64,000 nucleotides of DNA from an uncultured Microthrixaceae bacterium (GCA_964420125.1 CAYQQQ010000019.1:1-64000), one strand, 5' to 3'; counted from the stretch's first letter, positions 38,480 to 47,995 are shown. Numbers and translations are program-made. The notes: generated by a model not told the origin, from the letters alone.

Positions 38480-39060
38480 GCTCTCAGCTCTGGTGGTTCC
38501 TCGGTCGTGCCTCGGGGATCGTGGGATGGTGGATGCTCACCGCCTCGGTGCTGATCGGGATCGTCGTCGCGAGCGACCTGTTCTGGCAGCGGCGCCGCCC
38601 GAAGTGGCTGCTGGACCTGCACCGCGGCCTGGCGGGGCTCACGCTGGCCTTCGTGGGGCTGCACCTGCTGGCGCTCCTCGGCGACAGCTACCTGGAGCTC
38701 GACCTCGCGGACCTCCTGGTGCCGTTCGCCGCGTCGTGGCGCCGAGGGGCGGTTGGGCTGGGTGTCCTCGGCTTCTGGGGTCTGGTGGCCATCCAGACGA
38801 CATCGGCGATGATGCACCGCCTGCCTCGTCGCTGGTGGCGGGCCGTGCACCTCGGCAGCTACCCGGTGTTCGCCATGGTGGCCCTGCACGGAACCCTGGC
38901 GGGCACCGACGCCGCCCGTGGTTGGTACGTCGCCGGCACGACGCTGGCGCTGGCCGCGGTGATGGCGGGTGGGATCTACCGGATCCTGCAGCGTCGCTCC
39001 CGCCAAGCGGCTCTGGCGGATCGGGGGCGGCTCGGTCGAACGGCGGGCACCGGGAGGTGA
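38473..39060 (+). CDS. Ferric-reductase-like transmembrane heme-binding protein (MsrQ/YedZ-like)
   Basis: 6 TM helices with paired His residues (LDLHRGLAGLTLAFVGLHLL; MMHRLPRRWWRAVHLGSYPVFAMVALHG) characteristic of the FRD bis-heme domain; GTG start overlaps ApbE stop. Confidence 0.65.
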   Translation: MLSSQLWWFLGRASGIVGWWMLTASVLIGIVVASDLFWQRRRPKWLLDLHRGLAGLTLAFVGLHLLALLGDSYLELDLADLLVPFAASWRRGAVGLGVLGFWGLVAIQTTSAMMHRLPRRWWRAVHLGSYPVFAMVALHGTLAGTDAARGWYVAGTTLALAAVMAGGIYRILQRRSRQAALADRGRLGRTAGTGR

Positions 39061-39138
39061 CCGGGTGAGTTCGACCCGGGAGGGGCCCCGGCGTGGTCGG
39101 GTTGCAGCATCGGGGGACGTCGTCGATGGGCGGCGCGC

Positions 39139-40221
39139 TCAGGTGGGCTCGGTGCCGAGGTAGATGCCCACCGCCCGAGCCGTGTGCACGAGGGGGTCGT
39201 CCGGGCGAACCCCGACCGCCCCGGCTGCCACCACTTCGGACAACGGCACCGCCTGCACGGAGGTGCCCTGCTGGGCGACCATGGTGTCGAAGCGGGCCTC
39301 GGCCACCAGATCGACGGCGTAGGTCCCGAAGGCAGTGGCCAGGATGGCGTCGTAGGGGCTGGGTTCGCCGCCCCGTTGCAGGTGGCCGAGCACCGTGGAG
39401 CGAGCTTCCACTCGGCCGTCGGTCGCCGCCTCCAGCGCGTTGGCCACGGCCTCTCCGACCCCCCCGTAGTGGTGGCGCCCGCCGCGATCGACGGTGCCCA
39501 CCGTGCCGCCCTCGGGGGCTGCGGCCCCCTCGGCGACGACCACCAGGGCGAAGACGTGGCCACGCTCCCGGCGGGTCGCCTCGACGGTGTGGAGCAGGTC
39601 CTCGAGGTCCCAGCGCAGCTCTGGGATGAGGATCGCATCGGCTCCACCGGCGATCCCGGCCGACAGGGCGAGATGACCCGCGCCCCTGCCCATCGTCTCG
39701 AGGACCATGACGCGGTCGTGGCTCACCCCGGTGGTGCGCAGCTGGGCGCACGCCCGGGTGACGGTTCGCACGGCGGTGTCGAAGCCGATGCTGCGATCGG
39801 TGAGGGCGACGTCGTTGTCGATCGTCTTGGGGATCCCGACCAGGCACCAGCCTGCGCCGCGTGCGTGCTCCTGGAGGATCGCCAAGCTGCCGTCACCACC
39901 GATGGCGATCAGGGCATCCAGACCGAGCTCGGCGTAGCCCGCCTCGACCTCTCCGGCGACGGCGTCGATGGGCTTGTTGATCGAGCCGAGGATGGTGCCA
40001 CCCGTGCTGAGCATGGGGTCGAACCCGTTCAGGTCGAGCACGGCGGGCGTGAGCGGTCGCGCCCGCCGCGTCGCCAGGCCGGCGACCGCGTCCTCGATGC
40101 CCACCACCTCGTAGCCGTAGCCGCGCACCGCTCGTCGGGTGATCGCCCGGATGGCCGGATTGAGCCCCGGGCAGTCGCCGCCGCTGGTCATGACCCCGAC
40201 TCGTCGGATGGATCGCGCCAT
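39139..40221 (-). CDS. pfkA: 6-phosphofructokinase
   Basis: MTSGGDCPGLN, IGGDGSL, MGR motif region; 360 aa. Confidence 0.9.
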   Translation of the reverse strand: MARSIRRVGVMTSGGDCPGLNPAIRAITRRAVRGYGYEVVGIEDAVAGLATRRARPLTPAVLDLNGFDPMLSTGGTILGSINKPIDAVAGEVEAGYAELGLDALIAIGGDGSLAILQEHARGAGWCLVGIPKTIDNDVALTDRSIGFDTAVRTVTRACAQLRTTGVSHDRVMVLETMGRGAGHLALSAGIAGGADAILIPELRWDLEDLLHTVEATRRERGHVFALVVVAEGAAAPEGGTVGTVDRGGRHHYGGVGEAVANALEAATDGRVEARSTVLGHLQRGGEPSPYDAILATAFGTYAVDLVAEARFDTMVAQQGTSVQAVPLSEVVAAGAVGVRPDDPLVHTARAVGIYLGTEPT

Positions 40222-40299
40222 GGGCCCAGTCTGGCCGCTGCGCTGCGCGGGGTGGGGCAGGACCGCTCGAAGTCCCCCGGGAGGGGCGCTCCGTGTCGC

Positions 40300-41514
40300 T
40301 CATGCTCCATCGAGGCCGTCGGGAGGAGGGTCCCCGATCCCGGTGAGCGCGTGCAAGGCGACGACCGGAAGGCTCACGGCTGCGCCGAGCATCAGCGCCG
40401 CACCGGTCCCGACGGCGGCGAAGACCGCGGCGAAGAGCAGGGGTCCGCTGGCCTGGCCGAGACGCACCGCGGACACCCAGACGGCGAGGACGGTGCCTCT
40501 CTGCGCCGCTGGAGCCCGCGCCGCGGTGGTCTCCTGGAGGGACGGCACGGTGAAGCCCTCGGCGATGCCGTAGAGGAGCAGACCCCCGAGTGCGCCGGGG
40601 ACGACCCGCGCCCATCCCGTGATCAGCAGCGCCACGCCGAACAGCACGCCTCCGGCGACCAGCAGGGTTCGGAGCCCGAGGTGCTCCCGCAGGCGTGCCA
40701 GGTTGAGCGACACGAAGGTCGCAGAGAGCGCCGGCACCGCCAACAGGAGGCCACGGGCCCCTGCGCCCAGGCCGAACTCCCGCTCGAGGTGCACCGGGAG
40801 CACCGTGAGGAAGAGGCCGAAGATCATCACGAAGATGAGGAAGCCCGAGAGGATCGTGGCCGCCATCACCGGCGAGCGCAGCGTGACGGCGGCGTCGCGC
40901 AGCTGGCTGCCCAAGGTGCTCTCTGCGTGCGGCGGTCGCAGGTCGTCGAGCTCCCTCCACGCGACCCAGGCCGTGAGCAGCGCCAGCACCGATGGTGCCT
41001 GGGACAGCCGCCAGGAGCCGAGCACGGCCAGCATCCCGGCCAGGGGAGGCAGCACGGCGAGCCCGCCGGTGAGCACTGCAGCGTTGCGGCCCACCTGCCG
41101 CACCCGCTCCTGACCGCTCCAGTGGTCACCGATGAGCACCACCGCCAGGTTGATCAGCCCAGCCGAGCCGAACCCCATGAGGAGACGGGCGGCCACCAGC
41201 ACCCAGTAGCTGGAGGCGGCCACGGCCAGCGCGCTGGCCAGGCCGAAGATCGCGAGGCACGGGACCACGACCCTTCGGCGGCCGAGCCGGTCGGCGAGGA
41301 TGCCGATCACCGGGGCAGCGACCACCCCGGGCAGGGAGGCGGCGGCCACCACCAGACCGGCGGCGGCGTCGGGTCGGCGGAAGTCGTCGATGATGTCGGG
41401 CAGCACGGGGGAGATCAGGGTGTTGGCCGTGATGCCGGAGAGGGTGATGGCCCAGATCAGCGCCGGCCGGGGGCACCTGCCCGGCCACTCGGCGGTGGTC
41501 GCAGAGGCCTCCAT
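40300..41514 (-). CDS. MFS transporter
   Basis: 12 TM helices, MFS motif GILADRLGRRR between TM2 and TM3. Confidence 0.8.
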   Translation of the reverse strand: MEASATTAEWPGRCPRPALIWAITLSGITANTLISPVLPDIIDDFRRPDAAAGLVVAAASLPGVVAAPVIGILADRLGRRRVVVPCLAIFGLASALAVAASSYWVLVAARLLMGFGSAGLINLAVVLIGDHWSGQERVRQVGRNAAVLTGGLAVLPPLAGMLAVLGSWRLSQAPSVLALLTAWVAWRELDDLRPPHAESTLGSQLRDAAVTLRSPVMAATILSGFLIFVMIFGLFLTVLPVHLEREFGLGAGARGLLLAVPALSATFVSLNLARLREHLGLRTLLVAGGVLFGVALLITGWARVVPGALGGLLLYGIAEGFTVPSLQETTAARAPAAQRGTVLAVWVSAVRLGQASGPLLFAAVFAAVGTGAALMLGAAVSLPVVALHALTGIGDPPPDGLDGA

Positions 41515-41623
41515 GGGGCCCCTACGGTATCCCCGACTCCCGGGTCACCTCGACGGTGGAGCCGTTAACCTGGAGTTCACCGGACGGATACCCTGCGATC
41601 CGTCCGGATCGACAGCGGGGGGT

Positions 41624-42811
41624 GTGCTCGTGGAACCGACGGCGGGAACCGACGGCGTGCGTTCGAGAGGTGTGTCGCGACGGGACCTCCTGCGCGCGGG
41701 CGGTGTGGCGGCGCTCGGCGCAGGGGTCGTCGCCGGCTGCGCGCCGCCGTGGAACGGACCAGGACTGGTCCTGCCCGGAGCCGCAGGCGCGCTCGACCTG
41801 CTCCCGGGCTTCACCGCGAGGGTCATCGCCCTCGGCGGCCACGCCATGGTCGGCGGCTACCAGTACCCGGTCTTCCCCGACGGGGCGGCCACCTTCCCCG
41901 ACCCTGCGGTCCCGGGAGGCTGGTACCACGTCGTCAACAGCGAGGTCCCGGGAGCCGGCGGGGTCTCCTCGATCCGATTCGCCCCCGACGGGACGATCCT
42001 GGGCGGCCGGAGCATCCTGCGCTACACCAGCATGAACTGCGCCGGGGGCCCGACGCCGTGGGGGACCTGGCTCAGCTGCGAGGAGCAGGAGGGCGGTCGC
42101 GTGTGGGAGTGCGATCCGACCGGTGCCGCCGCCGCCGTGCCCCGCCCAGCGCTGGGCGCGTTCGTGCACGAGGCCGTCGCCCTGGCACAGGACCACCGCG
42201 CCTACCTCACCGAGGACCGGCCCGACGGGGGGTTCTACCGGTTCACGCCGGACACCCCGGGCGACCTGGGCAGCGGGGTCCTCGAGATCGCCACCGGGAC
42301 CGCTCCCGGCCCCGTCACCTGGGTGCAGGTGCCTCGCCCGTCGGCGTGGGACGGCCCGACCCGCAAGCAGGTTCCCGGCACCATGCGCTTCAACGGTGGA
42401 GAGGGCGTCGACACCGACGGCGTGCGGGTGTGGTTCAGCACAAAGGGCGACAACCGGATCTGGGAGTACTCCACCGCGTCCCATGAGGTGGCGCTGCGCT
42501 ACCAGGCCGGCCGTCCGTCACTGCTGGCGGGCGTGGACAACCTCCACTACGACCCGTCGTCCGGGGTGCTCCTCATCGCCGAGGACGGCGACGACATGCA
42601 GCTGGTGGCGCTGTTCCCCGACAGCTCGCTGACCGTGGTCGTGCGGGTCCTGGGCCACGATGGTTCCGAGGTCACCGGCCCCCGATTCAGCCCGGACGGC
42701 TCCCGGCTGTACTTCAGCTCCCAGCGTGGTGGCGCCGGACCGACCGGCGCCCACTTCGGCGTCACCTACGAGGTGAGCGGCCCCTGGGACGACCTGCTCG
42801 GCCGCGTCTGA
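41624..42811 (+). CDS. PhoX-family (DUF839) phosphatase with Tat signal
   Basis: Twin-arginine motif SRRDLLRAGGVAALGAG; PhoX hallmark NCAGGPTPWGTWLSCEE; start GTG 41624 chosen (in-frame ATG 41513 would overlap the MFS start). Confidence 0.7.
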   Translation: MLVEPTAGTDGVRSRGVSRRDLLRAGGVAALGAGVVAGCAPPWNGPGLVLPGAAGALDLLPGFTARVIALGGHAMVGGYQYPVFPDGAATFPDPAVPGGWYHVVNSEVPGAGGVSSIRFAPDGTILGGRSILRYTSMNCAGGPTPWGTWLSCEEQEGGRVWECDPTGAAAAVPRPALGAFVHEAVALAQDHRAYLTEDRPDGGFYRFTPDTPGDLGSGVLEIATGTAPGPVTWVQVPRPSAWDGPTRKQVPGTMRFNGGEGVDTDGVRVWFSTKGDNRIWEYSTASHEVALRYQAGRPSLLAGVDNLHYDPSSGVLLIAEDGDDMQLVALFPDSSLTVVVRVLGHDGSEVTGPRFSPDGSRLYFSSQRGGAGPTGAHFGVTYEVSGPWDDLLGRV

Positions 42812-42830
42812 GCGCGCGCCGCTCGCTCAG
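42808..42830. terminator. Candidate bidirectional terminator hairpin
   Basis: CTGAGCG-cgcgccgct-CGCTCAG 7-bp stem spanning both convergent stop codons. Confidence 0.3.
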
Positions 42831-44107
42831 CGCAGGTCGGCGACGTAGCCCTTCGGCGTCGGCTCCCCGTATCCCCGGTAGCCGTCCGGCACCAGCAGCA
42901 CGAGCCGACCGTCTCGCCAGCTGGCCTGCACCCGCGCTGCGGCAGAGCTGCACAGGAAGCCGGTGCACCGCTCGGCCGCAGATCCCTGCAGCCGTTCGAC
43001 GAGCACCGTGCGCTCGGCCGGTTCCACCGACCAGGGCTCGCGCTCGCCCCGGGAGACGGCGAGGAGGTCGTCGGGTCGGTAGATCCAGGCCGAGAGCCGG
43101 TACCCGGCGGCGTGGTAGCCCTTGGCGCCCGAGTACACCGAGACGATCCCACCGGGGCCCTCGTCGGGCTCGCCGTACCAGGTGGGGCCCACGCCCTCCA
43201 CCACGAGGGCCAGCACGCCCTCGACGGTGGCCGTGCGGATCCACTGCATGGAGCTCACCTTGTCGCCCACCCACCAGCCGGGTGCCGGATGGTCGGCGCG
43301 GTGGTAGAGGAGGGGGAGGGCTCGAACGTCCACCCTGGGGTCGAGCAGGCTCGGTTGGTCGAGCGCCCAGAGGTTCGGCCCCCACCGACCCGTCGCTGCT
43401 CCCGAGGTCCCCTGTTGACCTGCCAGGTAGTCGATCCCCTCGGCCCGCAGCGACGGGGGAGCGTAGGAGAGGTAGCCGCCGATGCGCTGGGAGACGGCGT
43501 CGGGGTGGTCGACGTTCCACAGGCCGTGGTGGGCCGGCGCCGCGTCCGCCTGCCACCATCCGAGGGAGTCCCAGTCGGTGGCGGTGGCGTTGTACCACTG
43601 GTGCTCGGTGAAGTGGACGCGCTCGTCGACCTGCAGCAGACCCCCCAACTCGAAGCTCTCGCCGCCCACCCAGCCCCGGGGCAGCATCCCGCCGGTGACG
43701 TCGGCGAAGGCCCCGACCTGGGTGCCGGCCCGGCCGTCCAGCGTCGGCGGGAGCCGGACCTCGCCGACGCGATCGGCGTAGTCGTGCCCGTCGACGAGGA
43801 GGTTGCCGTCCTCGAGTTGGGCATGGATGCCGCTGGAGTAGCCGAAGCGGTCGTGGGGGCCGGTGCCGGAGCCGGCGGGCACCAGGAACGTGCCCCGGAA
43901 CCCCGCCTCGACGTCCGCCCAGCTCAGCAGGCGAGGTGGCGACGTGGGAGGTGAGGTGGGGCTCGGCGGGGGGACGGAGGTGGTCGGTGCTCCCACCGGG
44001 GCACAGGCGGCGCCGAGCATGCCGAGGCAGAGCACTGCCGCCAACCCGACGCGTCGACCCACCCTGAGGTGATCGGCGTGACGGGTCCCCGAGCTGAAGC
44101 GTGACAT
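42827..44107 (-). CDS. Secreted hypothetical protein (signal peptide, Pro/Ser linker)
   Basis: Start ATG 44107 (MSRFSSG...), signal peptide GLAAVLCLGMLGAACAP, PPPSPTSPPTSPP linker; no recognisable catalytic motif. Confidence 0.55.
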   Translation of the reverse strand: MSRFSSGTRHADHLRVGRRVGLAAVLCLGMLGAACAPVGAPTTSVPPPSPTSPPTSPPRLLSWADVEAGFRGTFLVPAGSGTGPHDRFGYSSGIHAQLEDGNLLVDGHDYADRVGEVRLPPTLDGRAGTQVGAFADVTGGMLPRGWVGGESFELGGLLQVDERVHFTEHQWYNATATDWDSLGWWQADAAPAHHGLWNVDHPDAVSQRIGGYLSYAPPSLRAEGIDYLAGQQGTSGAATGRWGPNLWALDQPSLLDPRVDVRALPLLYHRADHPAPGWWVGDKVSSMQWIRTATVEGVLALVVEGVGPTWYGEPDEGPGGIVSVYSGAKGYHAAGYRLSAWIYRPDDLLAVSRGEREPWSVEPAERTVLVERLQGSAAERCTGFLCSSAAARVQASWRDGRLVLLVPDGYRGYGEPTPKGYVADLR

Positions 44108-44217
44108 CGGCGAGGTCCGGGCGTGGTCGGTGCGCATTCGGCGGTGCCCCCAGCACTTGTTAGGCATCCCTTAGACCAGTACGGTTAGCTGACGAGTCAA
44201 CAACCGAAGGAAGTGCC

Positions 44218-45264
44218 GTGACCACACTACGACGACGACTCCTCCCGGCGACGCTGATGGTCCTCCTGTCCGTGGCGAGCGCCTGCGGCACCGAGGAGGG
44301 CTCGGACGCCGACCGGGATCCCGCTGGGAACGAGGACGCGTTGGTGCTCTACAGCGGTCGCAGCGGCGACCTCGTGGGCCCGCTGATCGAGCAGTTCAGC
44401 GACGACACCGGCATCGAGGTGGAGGTGCGTGACGGCAGCTCGGCGGAGCTGGCAGCCCAGCTGCTCACCGAGGGCGATGCCTCGCCCGCCGACGTCTACT
44501 TCTCCCAGGACGCCGGGGCGCTGGGTGCGGTGGGCAAGGCGGGCCTCCTCGCGCCGCTGGACGAGGAGCTGCTCGCCCGGGTCCCCGAGGCGTATCGGGC
44601 ATCGGATGGCTCGTGGGTGGGCACCAGCGGTCGCGTCCGGGTCCTGGTGGTCAACCCCGAGCTGGTGTCCGAGCCGCCCGACACCATCGACGAGCTCCTG
44701 GAACCCGAGTGGAAGGGACGGATCGGCTTCGCCCCGTCCAACGCCTCGTTCCAGGCGTTCGTCACAGGCTTGCGGGTGGCGCGTGGCGAGGACGGGGCCC
44801 GTGAGTGGCTCGAGGCGTTCTCGGCCCAGGAGCCGGTGGCCTTCGAGAACAACGTGGCGATCCGCGACGCCGTGGATGCGGGGGAGATACCACTCGGTCT
44901 GGTGAACCACTACTACCTGCTGGAGAAGGTGGCGGAGGAAGGCGAGGAGAACGTGACGGCTCGCAACCGCTTCATGGCCGCCGGTGACGTCGGCGGCCTG
45001 GTGAACGTGGCCGGGGTCGGGGTGCTGGCCTCCTCCGAGCAGACCGAAGCGGCGCAGGAGCTGGTGGCCTACCTCCTGGGCCGGGAGGGGCAGGCGTACT
45101 TCGCCCAGGAGACCTTCGAGTACCCGCTCGTCGCCGGGATCGAGCCGGCCGAGAGCCTGCCGCCGCTGGAGACGCTGGAGCCTCCGCAGATCGACCTCTC
45201 CGACCTCGACTCGTTGGAGCAGACCCAGCAGCTCCTGGCCGAGGTGGGGCTGCTGACGAGGTGA
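44218..45264 (+). CDS. fbpA: Iron(III) ABC transporter substrate-binding lipoprotein (FbpA/AfuA family)
   Basis: Lipobox LSVASACG; SBP family 1 fold with FbpA-like conserved Tyr/Glu region; GTG start. Confidence 0.8.
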   Translation: MTTLRRRLLPATLMVLLSVASACGTEEGSDADRDPAGNEDALVLYSGRSGDLVGPLIEQFSDDTGIEVEVRDGSSAELAAQLLTEGDASPADVYFSQDAGALGAVGKAGLLAPLDEELLARVPEAYRASDGSWVGTSGRVRVLVVNPELVSEPPDTIDELLEPEWKGRIGFAPSNASFQAFVTGLRVARGEDGAREWLEAFSAQEPVAFENNVAIRDAVDAGEIPLGLVNHYYLLEKVAEEGEENVTARNRFMAAGDVGGLVNVAGVGVLASSEQTEAAQELVAYLLGREGQAYFAQETFEYPLVAGIEPAESLPPLETLEPPQIDLSDLDSLEQTQQLLAEVGLLTR

Positions 45265-46835
45265 GCCCACGGTCCGCGACCCTGCCGCAGCCGGTGTCGG
45301 AGCCGATCCGTCGCCGGCGTCGCGGCGGACCGCCGCTCATGCTCCTGGCGCCGGCGGCAGTGGCCGCAGCCGTCGCGTTGGTGCCCCTGTGGTACCTCGT
45401 CGATCGGGCCGTGGAGCAGGGCTGGTCGACGGTGGCGGACGAGGTGGTCACCTCCCGGACGCTCTGGCTGCTGGTGCGCAGCCTCGCGCTGACCGGGGTG
45501 GTGACCGGCGCCTGCCTCCTGGTGGGGGTGACCGCCGCCGTGCTGGTGGTTCGCACCGATGTGCCGGCGCGGCGAGCCTGGCAAGTGGTGCTGGCGCTCC
45601 CGCTGGCCGTCCCGTCGTTCGTCGCCGCCCTGGCATGGGTGTCGTGGTGGCCCTCGATGGGTGGGTTCTGGGCAGCTGCGCTGGTCCTCACGCTCGTGGC
45701 CTACCCGTTCGTGTTCCTCCCGGTGGCCGCCGGACTCCGCCGCACCGACCCCGCCCAGGAAGAGGTGGCTCGCTGCCTCGGACGCTCTCCGGCGGCGGCC
45801 ACCTTCGATGTGGCCCTCCGGCAGGTGCGCCCGGCGGCGGCAGCGGGTGCGCTGCTGGTGGCCCTCTACGCCCTGTCGGACTTCGGGGCGGTGGGGACGA
45901 TGCGCTACGAGGCCTTCACCTGGGTGATCTACGGCGCCTTCAGGGCAGGCTTCAACCCGTCCAGGGCGGCCATCCTGGCCTGCCTGCTGGTGGTCGTCGC
46001 CCTGGGGGTGGTCTGGGCCGAGTCGGCGGTGCGGGGGAAGCCGTCCTTCGCCCGGGTCGGCTCCGGAGCGCCGAGACCGCAGCACGTCCTGCAGCTCGGG
46101 CCGTGGCGTTGGCCGGCGCTGGGGTTCCTGGTCGCGGTTGCCGGCCTGGCAGTCGGCTTCCCGGCGCTGAGCCTGGTGGTGTGGTTCCGTCGCGGCCTCT
46201 CCGCCGGCATCGACTGGGGAGAGCTGTCGAGCGCACTGGGGGCCACGCTGCAGGTCGCCGGCCTCGGAGCGCTGGCGACGATGCTGCTGGCCGTGCCGCT
46301 GGGGATCCTCTCCGCGCGACATCGCTCGGCCGGAGTCGGCCTGCTCGACCGGTCGGTCTACGTGGCCCATGCCCTCCCGGGGATCGTGGTGGCGATGAGC
46401 CTGGTCTTCGTGGGCGTCACCGTCCTGCAGCCCCTCTACCAGCGCACGCCGATGCTGGCGCTCGCCTACGCCGTGCTGTTCCTCCCGCTCGGTGTGGGCT
46501 CGGTGAGGGCCTCGGTCGAGCAGTCGCCGGTGGCGCTGGAAGAGGTCGCGCACGCCCTCGGTCGGGGGAGATGGGGGGTGCTGCTGCGCGTCACCCTTCC
46601 GCTGGCTGCACCGGGGATCGCCTCGGGCACCGCGTTGGTGCTGCTTGCCGCGATGAAGGAGCTGCCGGCCACGCTGCTGCTGCACCCGACCGGGATGGAG
46701 ACCCTGGCCATGGACCTGTGGTCGAAGTCCTCCGTGGGTCGCTACGCGGCGGCGGCGCCGGCAGCGCTCGCTCTCCTCGTGGTGGCATCGGTGCCGACCT
46801 GGATCCTGACCCGAGCGTCGAGGGAGATCGGGTGA
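45261..46835 (+). CDS. fbpB: Iron ABC transporter permease (FbpB-type, duplicated TM domain)
   Basis: About 12 TM helices, two EAA-like loops; GTGA overlap with fbpA stop. Confidence 0.85.
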   Translation: MSPRSATLPQPVSEPIRRRRRGGPPLMLLAPAAVAAAVALVPLWYLVDRAVEQGWSTVADEVVTSRTLWLLVRSLALTGVVTGACLLVGVTAAVLVVRTDVPARRAWQVVLALPLAVPSFVAALAWVSWWPSMGGFWAAALVLTLVAYPFVFLPVAAGLRRTDPAQEEVARCLGRSPAAATFDVALRQVRPAAAAGALLVALYALSDFGAVGTMRYEAFTWVIYGAFRAGFNPSRAAILACLLVVVALGVVWAESAVRGKPSFARVGSGAPRPQHVLQLGPWRWPALGFLVAVAGLAVGFPALSLVVWFRRGLSAGIDWGELSSALGATLQVAGLGALATMLLAVPLGILSARHRSAGVGLLDRSVYVAHALPGIVVAMSLVFVGVTVLQPLYQRTPMLALAYAVLFLPLGVGSVRASVEQSPVALEEVAHALGRGRWGVLLRVTLPLAAPGIASGTALVLLAAMKELPATLLLHPTGMETLAMDLWSKSSVGRYAAAAPAALALLVVASVPTWILTRASREIG

Positions 46836-47986
46836 GCACCGTCGCTGCCCCCGGGGCGCAGGGCGATGCCTGCGACGTCCGGGACGTCCCCGCCCTCGAC
46901 ATGGCAGGCATCCGCTTCGCCTTCCACCCGCCGGACGCCGTCCTGGACGGGGTGGGCCTGGAGGTCCGTGCCGGGGAGCTCGTGGCGCTGCTGGGCCCCT
47001 CGGGGTGCGGCAAGACCACGTTGCTGAGGTTGGTCGCCGGCCTGCTGCGACCGGATTCGGGCACCATCGCCCTGAACGGGCGGGTGGTGGCGGGCCCCGG
47101 GATCTGGGTGCCCACCGAGGGACGCGGCATCGGGCTGGTGCCACAGGAAGGCGCGTTGTTCCCTCACCTCGACGTCGGTCGGAACGTGGGGTTCGGGCTC
47201 CGGGGGATGCCGAGGACGCAGCGCGATGCCTGCGTCGCGGAGTGCCTCGATCTCGTGGGCCTCGGCGGCAGCGCCCGTCGTCGGCCGTCGGAGCTCTCTG
47301 GGGGCCAGCAGCAACGGGTCGCTCTCGCTCGGGCACTGGCACCGGGGCCGGCGGTGATCCTCCTCGACGAGCCCTTCTCCGCGCTCGACGCGGGCCTCCG
47401 CGCACAGCTGCGGGACGAGGTGCGCGAGGTGCTGCAGGCTGCCGATGCGGCGGCGCTCCTGGTCACCCATGACCAGGAGGAGGCGCTGAGCTTCGCCGAT
47501 CGCGTGGCGGTGCTGCGGGAGGGCAGGCTCGCACAGGTCGCCGACCCGGTCACGCTGTACGAGCGCCCCTCCGACCTGGAGGTGGCCGAGTTCGTGGGGG
47601 AGTCCGTGGTGATCCCGGCGGTGCTCGACCCCACCGGGAACGGCTCGGCCCGGAGCATCCTGGGAGACCTCGTCGTATCCGACACGGGCACCGAACCCTC
47701 CAGCGGGGCGGTCTGGGCGGTCATCCGTCCCGAGCAGCTCGAGCTGCACGAACCCGGGGTGGCGTCGGGTGCTCCCGCAGCGGTGGTGTCGTGGACCTAC
47801 TTCGGCCACGACGCGCTCGTGCGGCTTCGCCTCGACGCACCGGAGGCGAGCGGTGCCGAGGTGCTGGCCAGGATCCAGCACCACCGGCGGGTGGAGCGCG
47901 GCATGCGGGTCACGGTGACGGTGACGGGCTCCGTGCCGGTTTTCGCCGACGGGAGGATCCCGCCGGAAGATGACGCGAGCCGGTAG
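46832..47986 (+). CDS. fbpC: Iron ABC transporter ATP-binding protein (FbpC type with C-terminal TOBE domain)
   Basis: Walker A GPSGCGKTT, LSGGQQQRVALARAL, ILLDEP, THDQ; GTGA overlap with permease stop. Confidence 0.85.
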   Translation: MSTVAAPGAQGDACDVRDVPALDMAGIRFAFHPPDAVLDGVGLEVRAGELVALLGPSGCGKTTLLRLVAGLLRPDSGTIALNGRVVAGPGIWVPTEGRGIGLVPQEGALFPHLDVGRNVGFGLRGMPRTQRDACVAECLDLVGLGGSARRRPSELSGGQQQRVALARALAPGPAVILLDEPFSALDAGLRAQLRDEVREVLQAADAAALLVTHDQEEALSFADRVAVLREGRLAQVADPVTLYERPSDLEVAEFVGESVVIPAVLDPTGNGSARSILGDLVVSDTGTEPSSGAVWAVIRPEQLELHEPGVASGAPAAVVSWTYFGHDALVRLRLDAPEASGAEVLARIQHHRRVERGMRVTVTVTGSVPVFADGRIPPEDDASR

Positions 47987-47995
47987 CGTGAGCGC

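Noticed and set aside
39061-39138. Terminator hairpin between the ferric-reductase-like gene and pfkA
   Set aside because: Only a 5-bp stem (CCGGG/CCCGG) with no U-tract, which is not convincing.
39184-41568. 794-aa plus-strand ORF
   Set aside because: Antisense to pfkA and the MFS transporter. It is low complexity.
44150-44217. IdeR/DtxR iron box upstream of fbpA
   Set aside because: The best 19-mer matches the TTAGGTTAGGCTAACCTAA consensus at only about 9/19 positions. It is kept only as a low-confidence repeat observation.
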